In this document: positions 22,315 through 32,719 of the stretch, piece by piece
Position numbering within the stretch: position 1 is the stretch's first letter
How the letters are laid out: each line of letters starts with the position of its first letter
Assembly (NCBI GenBank): GCA_013115125.1
Contig: JABANN010000301.1
Coordinates: 1-41,383, forward strand
Reading direction: 5' to 3'
From: Perkinsus olseni
Lineage: Eukaryota
Length of the DNA stretch: 41,383 bases
The notes under the pieces: generated by a model
Database searches by the model: none
What the model saw: the letters and a program-made list of their open reading frames with translations, nothing else
What the model was told of the DNA's origin: nothing
Translations under genes and position numbers: made by a program

Positions 22315-24755
22315 CAAGACTAGCTTCCCTGTCCGGTAGTTCATCACCGATGCCTTTTTCAGAGAATGTTCTCATCTCCGGGTATTCGAGTCTCTCCCCT
22401 AGCCCTGGAGCATTTCTCAACTCCTATCACCTCACCGTACTCGGTACCTACACAGTGTGCGTCTGTGCAGCCCACACGAGGACAGTTGAGCCGCCGGACC
22501 GAGGGCAAGAGGAAGGCAACTGCACCACCCCCGAGGACTTCACGTTGAAGGCTGGCGTGGTTCGCTCTATCGGCATCCTTCGTTCCTCGGTGGAAGCGGT
22601 CGTCTGCGGCGCCATGGATGCAAACTGTGTCTTCAACTTCACCGGTGACAGTTTCGGCATCAACTCTGGTGATCGTGCAACGCTCGTTGCAGCCGGCTCG
22701 TGCAGCAGTCTGCCAAGGCGTGAGGTCTCTATCAGTTTCCCTGTTTACATTTACCCCGGCCTCTCGCCCTCTTGGGGTATACTGGTGCCTCCCAGGGCCA
22801 TTCCAGCCGGCGCTAACTACACTATCTGCTACTGCGCAGCGGACCTAGACAACGGTCGCTGTGCTCTGCAATCCTCCTATCACCTTCATGCGGGCGAACT
22901 CATCGTATCAGGGTCAGTAGAATCGACCAGCAATCATTCTTGCTTGCCGAGCGAGGTTTGTATGGTATCGATAAGAGGCCTCAGCCTGCACCCGCGAGAC
23001 AGGCTCAAGGTCCTCAACGACGCCAGTCGTCCGTGCAGTAACATCGTCGTAGAGAAGTTCGGCGACAGAATCATTAACATGTCGGACTTGACCAACGACA
23101 GACTAGTTTCGACCTTCCGTATGTCCCCTTTTGGGGCCGCAGATAGTTTCACCCTTTGCTACTGCCCTTTTACTGGCCTGCCGGATTGGGTGGATGACCC
23201 TTGCTCAGCGAGGACACCCCATAAGGCTGGCATATTGCATGTCGAAGGGTTCATGCCTACGCCGGGAGGCACCCCACCCACCTTGGGGCGATACAAGGGC
23301 ACCGTGACGCTTCCCGTGAGAATGATAGGTCAGCCGAATGAGAAATGGAAGATCGGAATTAGGCCGGAGGGGCAGCATTGCAACGCTAGTAGCAACACTG
23401 ATGATGCTGCAGTCGCTGAGGTGAACGTCCGAGCGAAGGATACCCTCGTCGTTGATGTGAGCCAGTTGCCACAGGGCAGATACCGAGCATGTGGGTGTGT
23501 GGGGAAATGCGATGAGGAGAGCTCGCCCGACGCCCCTGTCGACCTCGGTTCTATCGAAATAGTCGGTCCCGCGCTCGACGTCACTGAGCAGAACTCTACG
23601 GCGCCGTACATTCCCTGTGCTGCTGGTCACCCGTGTGAGGTCTCCGGCGTTGGCGACATTCAAGGAGCTGAGATTTTCCTCACGACGCTGCCCCTTCCTA
23701 GCAACACCGGAGGGCAGCCTGTCGGAGTCGCCCGAGTGCAGGCTGAGGAGGGTGACGTTGCGTGTGGCGACCCCAAGGGGCAACCTATGGATACCCCAGT
23801 GGGGCGAGGGCGGGAGGGGTCATTCGCCCTACCACAGTACTCATTCGGCTCTATCAGAACTATTTGTGCCTGTATGAAGATCGCTGGTAGTCTGGATGGT
23901 TGGGATTGCAGCAAGCCCGAGCACTTCAACATCGCCATCGGGGCTATGGTAATCTCCGGCCCGTTGGAAACGTCCGACAGCCTACGGTGTCCAGTACAGT
24001 CGTCGGACTGCCGGGTCGAGATCGACGGTGTACTCCTCCATGAAGGTGATCGCGCTGTGATGCTAGCGGAGGGCGAGTGCGGAGAGGGAAGCTCGGTGCC
24101 GAAGGGCGATTCAGCCGAGATCAAGCTCAATGAGGATCGCTCTGTGGGAGAGTTCAACTTCGGCAAGACAGGGTCCGCTGTGGAGAGCTACAAGGTCTGC
24201 TACTGCCACGACGCCGCTTCTGGAGGTTGTCACAGGATGGAGCAGTTCACCCTCGCTACAGGGCCTTTGGACGTCTATTTCCGCCTCAACGCCTTCCACA
24301 TCCTCGGCATCATCGCTGGCTGTCTATTTCTGGCGCTCGTCATTCGCTACGTTTGGGTGAGGGTCCTACGACGGAGGTTCGCCACAGGAGCGCACCAGCT
24401 TGACTTTGACGAAACAGGCAATGCAAAGATCGGCTACGAATACACCACGGAGGTCGGTGGGCTCCGAGGTGGTCGTACCAAGACGAGGGTGAGCCAAAGG
24501 GATCGCTGGATGGAGCAACGTGAGCGGTCTCAGGTCATATGGAGGCCCCAGGATAAGTACGCCGAGAAGGCTGCCTTGGACACCCTCCGCAATCAGCTTC
24601 CCGAGCGCGTTGATGAGCCGATTGAGGATGATGAGGACCTGGGGGAAGATGATGATGTCTTTCATGTCCCAGAAGACGATGAGGAAGGTGGGGAGAACCC
24701 ACAGGAGAGTCGCGACCTCAGCGGTGAGCAACTCTACATTTTGTGGCACCTCTAG
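20360..24755 (+). CDS. Large Cys-repeat type I membrane protein (repeated YxxCYC...GP modules, one TM, acidic cytoplasmic tail)
   Basis: Repeats FSICWC, FTLCYC, YTVCVC, YTICYC, FTLCYC, YRACGC, YKVCYC; TM HILGIIAGCLFLALVIRYVWV; acidic tail ending LYILWHL*; several GT-AG introns in the 5' half. Confidence 0.85.
22020..22091 (-). tRNA. tRNA-Arg(CCG), antisense inside intron 22013-22131
   Basis: GACCTCG TG GCGC AATGGAA GCGC G TCAGT TTCCGGA GCCGA AGGTT GCGGG TTCAAGT CCCGC CGGGGTT A: full cloverleaf, one A-C mismatch in the anticodon stem. Confidence 0.92.
22278..22313 (+). repeat. (CAG)12 microsatellite in coding sequence, read as poly-Ala (GCA) in the spliced frame
   Basis: Direct reading; the frame entering from the 22131 acceptor gives FDCTPYSECRMRISG...DEQPAASAAAA. 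Confidence 0.9.
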
Positions 24756-25268
24756 CTGTCTCCGACGTCTCGCAAAGGTTCAAGTATCCGACGTAGCGCA
24801 ATGAAGGTGCCGAGGGCCCGTACGTGTATGGAGGCATGGGAGGAGGTGGAAGGACCACTGAGCGATAACAGAGACGATGATACTCTGGCTGAGCTCATGA
24901 GAGGAGGGAGCAGCACCAATGGCAGCTACAGTAGGAACTCCCTACATCGAAGGGCCCACAGATCACCACGTGGCTTTGGTGAGTCCTCGAGACTTACCTT
25001 CATCGTTTTTCCGGTCACTCCAGAGTCCGAACTTCCCTGGCAGGCCTTGGTGGTATGCCAGGGAAGATATCTCCTGAGCAGAGGGTCCGTCGGCATGGTG
25101 AGGATACTCGCAGTGTCTGTGGCACGACAGCACCTCACACACCAGAAGAGACCAAGGAAACCGAAAGTCTCTAACGAGCATGTCAATTCACGTTGGTACC
25201 ATGATGCTATGTTCAATGTTTCTCATTATTGTACTGGGATGGAGTGGGTATTTAGGGGGGTGGGGTGA

Positions 25269-25318
25269 TGGCGATAGCCTATCGCCAGACTCCCCCTATC
25301 GCCGATAGGGGGAGTCTG
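25269..25318. repeat. Two overlapping perfect palindromes (9-bp and 16-bp arms, 1-nt spacers)
   Basis: tggcgatag-c-ctatcgcca (25269-25287) and cagactccccctatcg-c-cgatagggggagtctg (25286-25318). Confidence 0.9.
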
Positions 25319-25799
25319 CCGCCCTGCCTTGCATCAGTCTCTCTCGTCTCTTTCGGTCGTTCTCGGACTCGCTGCATGCTGTTTATTGATTTCTTCTTGA
25401 GCGGCATGCTCAACTTTACGTGGATCGCGGTTGCCTCACAACTTGCCAGTCGTATAGCATCTTCTCGCCCCTAGTTTCCCTGTGCAATTTGCATAGGATT
25501 CACACTTTTACAGCTTCCGGTGTGCATATCGCTCGATGAGAGGCTTACATTTCCCCGATAGACAGCCGAATTTATCTCGAGTCTTGATTGATATCGCTGG
25601 AATATTTGCAAGTTTCCGTGCGCATGCCGTAAGGTCAACGCACAGTCGGTGTAGTTATGACCATTGCATGTTTCTCAAAGAGTTTCATTCGAGATTGTTC
25701 TTCGATCTGAGCTATCACGCGGGCACGGCTGTAGCAACATGCATCACAAATGTCAGTCACGCTTCACAAGAATATCAGGATGCATCGTCGGCCGGACCG

Positions 25800-27654
25800 C
25801 GTACTATCTGATGCATGGATCCGAAACTGCAGGGGGCTCCTCACGGATACGATGGTGCTATATTACTAATTCTGGCAAGAAAAGTATGATGATTCGAGGT
25901 CGTGTCCCTTCTCATCAATATCTGTCAATGCCGACGTACACAATATCGTCCCTCGCATTCACTCGAGTCATAGTCTATGGCCTATCGGCTAGAAAGTGCA
26001 TCTTTGCATGTGGAGGACGCGTAGTACGTATCATGGATCGAGATCAGCTCCTGAGCACGGTGGAGATATATGTACACCCTCCTGGGTATGTCGAAGTTGC
26101 GAGACGATCAAGATGCGCTGTTGCATGGCTTGATGAGTCTAAAAGTTCTAATGGTGTGTTTGGGGAGAGGTTGTAACGAATCGCTCGGACGGCAATGCAT
26201 CAATCCACCCAGGTTCGGTCCCGGGACCGTTCGTGTATTCCGTTAGTAGTTTTGATACCATTTGGGAGAGCAGCTATCCCTGAACGAATGACATCAGCGG
26301 CTTCTACTAGGACCATAGTATGGTCACTATACCTACTAGGGCTGGTCGTCTTGCAGTGACTGTCGGCTGCTGTGTAGTCTTGGTGGATGGTGAAAAGCGT
26401 ATCAGCGGATCCAGGATGGCATCAACACCACGACAGCATACGGCCTGCAGGCTGAAACGCTCTCGTATTTTCGGCATGCATAGCGGACCTTGAGCGCGAC
26501 CGGCAATGTGTTGACGTCTTTGGGGCTGAATAGTATCCTATTGGTTATCGCACCTGCAATGTGCTCATCACAGGCAGGACAAGAGAGTATCTCGTGTAGC
26601 TCAACGAGCCTGGGAGGCCTTCAAGGATGTTGATGAGTAGTGCGCACAAGAGGCTACTACCCTATCTTGCCCGCTATAAACGAGATACTGCCGAACGGGA
26701 TAGAGAAGGAGGCTAAGCTGTGTTGCAAGCCCATTCGACAAGACCCAGTCTGATAGTAGACTATTATCAGACGTAGAGGAGTCGTCGACTAGGATAAAGC
26801 TTTTCATTCAACAAGAGAAAGAGCCTTGAGACCCAGTGCTTGAGTCGAAGTGTAAATTCGGTCTGCCAGCTTCGCAAACCTTCATGAAATAGCTTCGGCG
26901 GATTCATTTCCGGCATATGACGTTTGGCCTAAGCAAGGGACAGGGTTTTGTGTTGCGCTTCTATACCACTCGTTTTTCATATCTAACGATGGTCACGGGG
27001 GGCCTGAGACATTGTAGGGTGTCGACTGTACTCGAACAGGATCACTTCTGGAGTGATTTCCTTTCGTTCACAAGAGTGCTCTTGACAAAACCCTAAACCG
27101 TGATGAGGAGTTGTATACCCCACTCTAATGGAGGCTTAGTCAGTACAGTCATTTACTCGACTTCGATGATCGAGGGTAGGGTGTGGGTATTGCTGAGCGG
27201 TTAATTGTTAAGATGTCTAATCGGCACACCTGTCTGAATGTACGGCGGTGGCATATTTTCAGGAGCGTGCCGGTTGCTGTTTCGATAGCCGAATGAGCAA
27301 CTTGCTTATCTCGTGTCTTCCGTGTGCTTATCCAGTGTCTAATGTACATCGTTATCGAGCCTCGTTAACCCAAATAGTGATGCTCCGCTCGACGGCCGTA
27401 TTCATTCTGTGTTGGAAGAGTCATAGCAAGGCGGCAGTTCATGCACCCCATCCCAGAAGATCCCATCGACCCGCCAAGGTAGAGCGAGACCTCTCGCTGG
27501 TCAGACTCCTCTGGGGGGGCATTGGCCAGCGGAAGCCGGTGACGAACCTCGATGAAGACGTTCCGGTTCCCGATGCGATCTGCGAGTCGCAGACGGCGAC
27601 AGCATAAATTACACAGCAAAATGACCCCAAAAAATCGGACCAGTAGTTTCATAT
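25800..27654 (-). CDS. Possible many-exon hypothetical gene with signal-peptide-like start; boundaries uncertain
   Basis: MKLLVRFFGVILLCNLCC start followed by repeated short GT...AG segments on the minus strand; no continuous protein could be assembled. Confidence 0.3.
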
Positions 27655-28235
27655 GAACGACTGATAGTGAGAGCCTCACTGATCCAAGGATTCCACATGT
27701 CATCCTAAGGTCATGCTGTTCTCGTTCCGTATTCCGTCAAGATGACAGGGTGTGGAATGCCATTTCGTTATGTCCATCGCACCTTGAGGAATATGAAGCT
27801 CCAGGGGCATGGAGAACCTGTGCACCGTTGTGTCCAGGCTATGAGGTTCTACCTATCAAACTATGAAGAACGCAACAACACAGACCCGGCCGAAGTTCTC
27901 GTGAAAGAGAGACCTGACTGACTCAGCTAAACTGAGGGACCTTTAACGCTAGATTTAAACAAACTACTTCCTCTGCTTGGAAACCAAGTCTAGTCGAAGT
28001 AAGGTCACACCAGGCTCGACGAAGATACTCAATACGATGTGTCTGATTCCACCAACGCGGAATAGACTGATGAATAGATATGTTTGAGAAGGCCGGGACA
28101 AGATAGAATTGGGTGCTACAAAGGAGGTAGTTAGCTGTCCGAGGGCCACATAAACTGGAATGTCGGAATCGCTCATCACTGCGTGACTGAAACAGAATGT
28201 AGACATACAGTTTGAAAGATCGGGATCCGATGGGA

Positions 28236-29659
28236 TCACACGGTGCCTCGGACTCTCGAAACGGACTTGGATGCTCCGGAACGGCTAGTCGGTTGTCCAA
28301 GAGCCACATGGACTGCCTTCAGGGCGTCCACCTCTCCGATACCGGAAACGCGTAAGTCGTTGGGTATATCCGCAGTTCGAGACCGGATAATAGCATCGGT
28401 GATCTTCTCGCCTTTCACACCTAGTGTAGCCAAAAGGGCCGCAACCCCAGCGACGGTAGGGGTAGACATAGATGTACCACTCAATTTGGCGTAACGCTTT
28501 CCGGGGGAAGTCGAGTTTATGTCCACTCCGGGGGCGGCAATCTTGGTGGTAGAGCCAGCGTTCGAGAAGGAGGCCAACTTTATAGGCGAGCTTGGGGATG
28601 AAGTACTGGCGGCAACGCAGAGCACGGATGGGTTGTTCTTCGCGTAGTTACAAGGGTAGTCAGCCTCTTTGTCCACGTTTGCGGCGTCATTTCCAGCAGC
28701 AACAACCGCGACGTGCCCGGCGGCAGCGGCCTTCTTCAATGCCTGTTCGAAGACTGCACTTGAGGAAGGTCCGCCGTAAGAATGGGAGGAGACAGTAGCT
28801 CCATGCTCGACCGCATAGTTGAGAGCCCTCAATGAATCACTCGCTGAACCGGAACCGTTTTCGTCCAGGAACTTCAGGATCATCAGCTTCACATTGGGCG
28901 TTGGTGCGGTAGCATTGCCCACGCCGGCGATACCAATACTATTATTAGTCCGAGCAGCCGCGTCACCGGCACAATGGGTACCATGACCATATTCATTATC
29001 GTCATTGACATCAGCATTGTTCTTAATGAAGTTGTAGCCGATAGAACCGTCAGATGGGTTCTTATAAAACTGGCAAACTAGATCCGGATGATCAGGGTCA
29101 ACTCCGGTGTCGATGACGGCCAATACAACATCTTTCAACTTCTGCTTGGACGAGCGAGCTGCTTCCCAGGCAGCTCCGATGCGGATGACCTCGAGGTTAC
29201 TCTGGCAGGAAGAGAGAGGATCGTTGGTACCGAGCCCAGGATTGCCACCAGTACAACCGGAAGATTTCTCGGCCTGAACCTGGGTGACGACCGGCTTGGC
29301 AGTGACCTTGAAGTCGCGCTCACAATCAAACTCAAACCCCAGCAGCTCTTCGGCACTCTTCAAGTAGTTCATGATTTGCCTGTGACCCGCCGAACTTTCA
29401 GAGTGTACAATTTGGACTCCTATTAACGTCAGTCTTGGACCATACCATGTTGAGCAAAGCATTGTTCACAGTTGCGATCACCTTCGCTGAGCGAAAGTAA
29501 CCTTCCACCAGGGGCAGAGGCAGCCTGTGCCATCATGTGTGGTACATGGCGAATGTCGAGGGGGGATCCACGATGAGAGATCCTGACCAGCGTGTGACCA
29601 GAGTCACCCTCTCCAAAGGCCATAACACCGAAAAATGTCGGTAAGAATGCCAAACGCAT
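28236..29659 (-). CDS. Secreted subtilisin-like serine protease (S8) with a 1-nt frameshift in the prodomain at about 29432
   Basis: Catalytic triad VLAVIDTG, GHGTHCAG, SGTSMSTP and oxyanion AAGN; the signal peptide MRLAFLPTFFGVMAFG lies in a different frame from the catalytic domain. Confidence 0.9.
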
Positions 29660-31582
29660 GGGAATAACCGTTAACTGAAGCAAACGGAACGATTGCCATC
29701 CGAGCGGGTAGTTCGTGGGAGGCCTATCGGCTCCGCAGGCTTGGTGCTCTCTAAAGCTCCGAAGAGGAGTTGAACTCATCATTAACGCCGTATCGTAAGT
29801 CGGAGCGAATGGCGATCTCCGCGTTCCTGGTGAGATTATGACAGGGAAGTTCCCTGAGGGAACACGCATACGATAATTGTGTGAGGAAACCCTTTAGCAA
29901 GAGATCATGCCTCTGTTACTGTTGCCGCGGACTGCGATTGTCTCACGTGACGACGGACTACGGTGACTATGCTGTGACAGCATTGCTGTTTTTCAACCTT
30001 GGAAACCGTACATGATGTAGTTGCATTCACTGACTGCCCCACCGAAATCGGGTATACGTGTGATTTCAGATCTCGCACGGATAGCGGCCTTGGGATAGCG
30101 TTCGCACAGCCGTCCGTGCAGACCACGAGCAGCCACATGAACTATAATGATAATTAGTGCGGGGAGTGACGGGCTTGATACTTCTCACCTGCCGATCTGT
30201 CACTACAACGGTATTGATTGTTACAGCAGTGCTTTGGGAAGCACAAGTGCTCCGAGGCAGAGTTGAAGGCAGAGTCTTTACCTCACGGTGCTCGTCTATC
30301 TCCGCTGCCACAGGCACACAACCTCTGTCGCCCTCAGCTAACTCGAGCTAGTAGGAGTGGTAGTAGCGCAGGCTGATACCAGGCAGCTTCGCACCAGAGC
30401 AAGAATCCAGCAAGAGCAAGATTCCTGTGGTAATCAATGTACAACGTGTTTGCTGGTGATGATAGCTTTCCCGCGACGGCCGCTGGCCTAGGCTTTATGC
30501 ACCCGGATAACATCTGGGGGATGTTTGATTATGTTCGACCTTTGCCCGCTTTGTGCGACAATATTCATGCCACACAAACCTGAACTCGTACGGCAGAAGT
30601 TTCCAACGAAAACTCTTCATTCCACATGGATACGCGTTTCGAGAATTCATGTGCGTTGGAGTCGCCTGGCCATATGGCGGCTGCGAGGGAGAACGAGAGG
30701 GATTTGTTTGTTTCGGGTTTCTACCTGGCGGACCAGCATCTTCCTCGCGGCCCCGCCCTAGTGGGAAGGATCGGGCACTAGTGATAATATATTGGTCGAC
30801 CTTGTTCAAGCGCGAATCACCTTGTTCAGCCGGTATTCGGGCCACGATGTATCCATAAACTGAACTTCAGTGCCCAACTTCCAGTGGTTACTCCCGCCGA
30901 TCGCACCGTGCGTGTGGCTCGGATGTTATGGACGCGGGTATATCGGCCCCCATCTGATAGTTATGTCATGATAAATTGCGAGGTTCCGCTGAAATCTCAC
31001 CGTCGCCCTCAATACATCAATCCACCAGATCGACTCCAGGTTGTACTGAGCCCCTTCGATATCCTGATGCCAAACACGAGCGCTTGCGGGTTTCTTCGAG
31101 AGTGCATTGGTGTGTTTATAGGCCAACTCCGTTCCCGGCTGAGTAAGACTCCGAACGATAGGGTCAATTTGTCGCTCTGTGGCGAGATTGGCATTCGCTT
31201 CACGTGGAGCGTGAGCGTTATGATATCTCGCTGTGTTCCACACAAAGAACAGTATGTGAGTCCTTATACAGTCATAGTTGAATATGAGGTCGTCGCACCC
31301 CTATTCTGATGCTGTAGTGAACAAGTCAGCTAAGCTGGAATAGAACCAACAACCTTCGGGTCGTCCGCCTCGTGAATAAACGACTACGCCACTTTTCCAC
31401 GCACCACCGCTGTAACTATGAAACGCGGCACTGCATAGTAAGACTAGAAAATGCTTCCATCAATGCGATACAGAGGAAACTTACTCCTACGGAAGGTTTG
31501 CTACTACATCACTTCAAGAAGTAATTCACCACTTAGCGGCCGAGGTACAACATCAACATCGGTGGAAGTAAGCACATGATAA

Positions 31583-31808
31583 CTAAACGGCTGAATCCAG
31601 CGTCTTCAGCTTCCGATCACCGAGGCTCGCTTCATGAGTCATACCAAGAGCCCTGGCCATGTTGGTAGCAGCGCGAACTTCCTCCTTGGAGTTAGCCCGA
31701 CGAAGCTTCTCTCGGATAGATTGAGCTAGCCTGCGACGGAAGAGTATCATCAGTAGCGGATAGGATGACCGCTAGACTCACTCGTTATCAGGATGGCCTT
31801 CCTCAGCC

Positions 31809-31853
<45 letters not shown>

Positions 31854-32543
31854 CGGACATTCCTCTTGCCTTGCGGGCGCTGCTGCCTTGATGGGGCAGG
31901 GGCCATACCCAACATGCTCTTCAACTGATTCTCGGCGACGAATTTAGACTTATTGTTACCTGCATTCCAAGTGTACTAGACTATCCGACTCACTCAGCCC
32001 TACGTCTATTGTCAGCCTTCTGAGCTTGACGCTGCTGCTGTTGCGGCTGCTGTGTTCGGGCCCCAGTAGAATTGGGAGCCCGCTGGTTCTTAGTTACACC
32101 GGCTACCTGCTGCTGACGGGTACGCTCCTCACTGGCGGAGCGCGTCGGGGCATAGGCCGCATCGATGACTTCCTCACGAACCCCCTCAGGGATCACCTTG
32201 TCCAGCTAAAGAAAGAGACTGCGAGCCCATCGCCAACCTCGGCCAGGTTACCTCCATCTTAGTGGGCTTCTGGCCCTCGCGTTTGCTGAGCTTCATCAAC
32301 TCCTTCACGGCATTGCGCAGTTCATCGACCTCCTTGGTAAGATTGGCCAGCTGCTTCGAGTCGGACTTGGTCATGCGCTGAGGAACGCCCCTATTCCGAC
32401 CCGCCGAGTTGAGATCATGGACTCACATTGAGGTTCGACAGCTGGTCCTTAAGTGCCTTGTTCTTGGTCCGGGCGTTGACCATCTCAGCGGCACCACTGG
32501 AGGCGGCGGCCGCGGTTTGCTGTTGCTTCATATTAGGGGCCAT
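31583..32543 (-). CDS. Hypothetical Gln-rich coiled-coil protein (5 exons)
   Basis: Splices in frame through four GT-AG introns from MAPNMKQQQ to ELAQSIREKLRRANSKEEVRAATNMARALGMTHEASLGDRKLKTLDSAV*. Confidence 0.75.
31814..31849 (-). repeat. (CAG)12 microsatellite encoding poly-Gln
   Basis: (CTG)12 on the plus strand; in frame as RNVRK-Q12-KQAEE in the minus-strand gene. Confidence 0.9.
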
Positions 32544-32719
32544 TAGCGCGGAGGATGACGGCGTCGGAGAGAAAAAGCGGGTGGTATAACAAACTACTGA
32601 TGACGATGATCAACTCTCGACCAATAACGCAGGGATGCACTTAGCGAGCAAATGGTAAAGTATCAGCATGTGTAAGGGTTATTATTAGAAACTGTATGAA
32701 TGGTACAAAGAAGCGGCCC

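Noticed and set aside
22179-22362. Poly-Gln N-terminus of the 858-aa ORF
   Set aside because: Frame artefact; the conserved repeat module is in another frame up to the predicted intron at 22314.
24801-25268. 155-aa plus-strand ORF
   Set aside because: No recognisable motif or splice support.
29900-31310. Overlapping ORFs on both strands, possibly a minus-strand multi-exon gene
   Set aside because: Some splice-like sites but no coherent frame or motif could be assembled.
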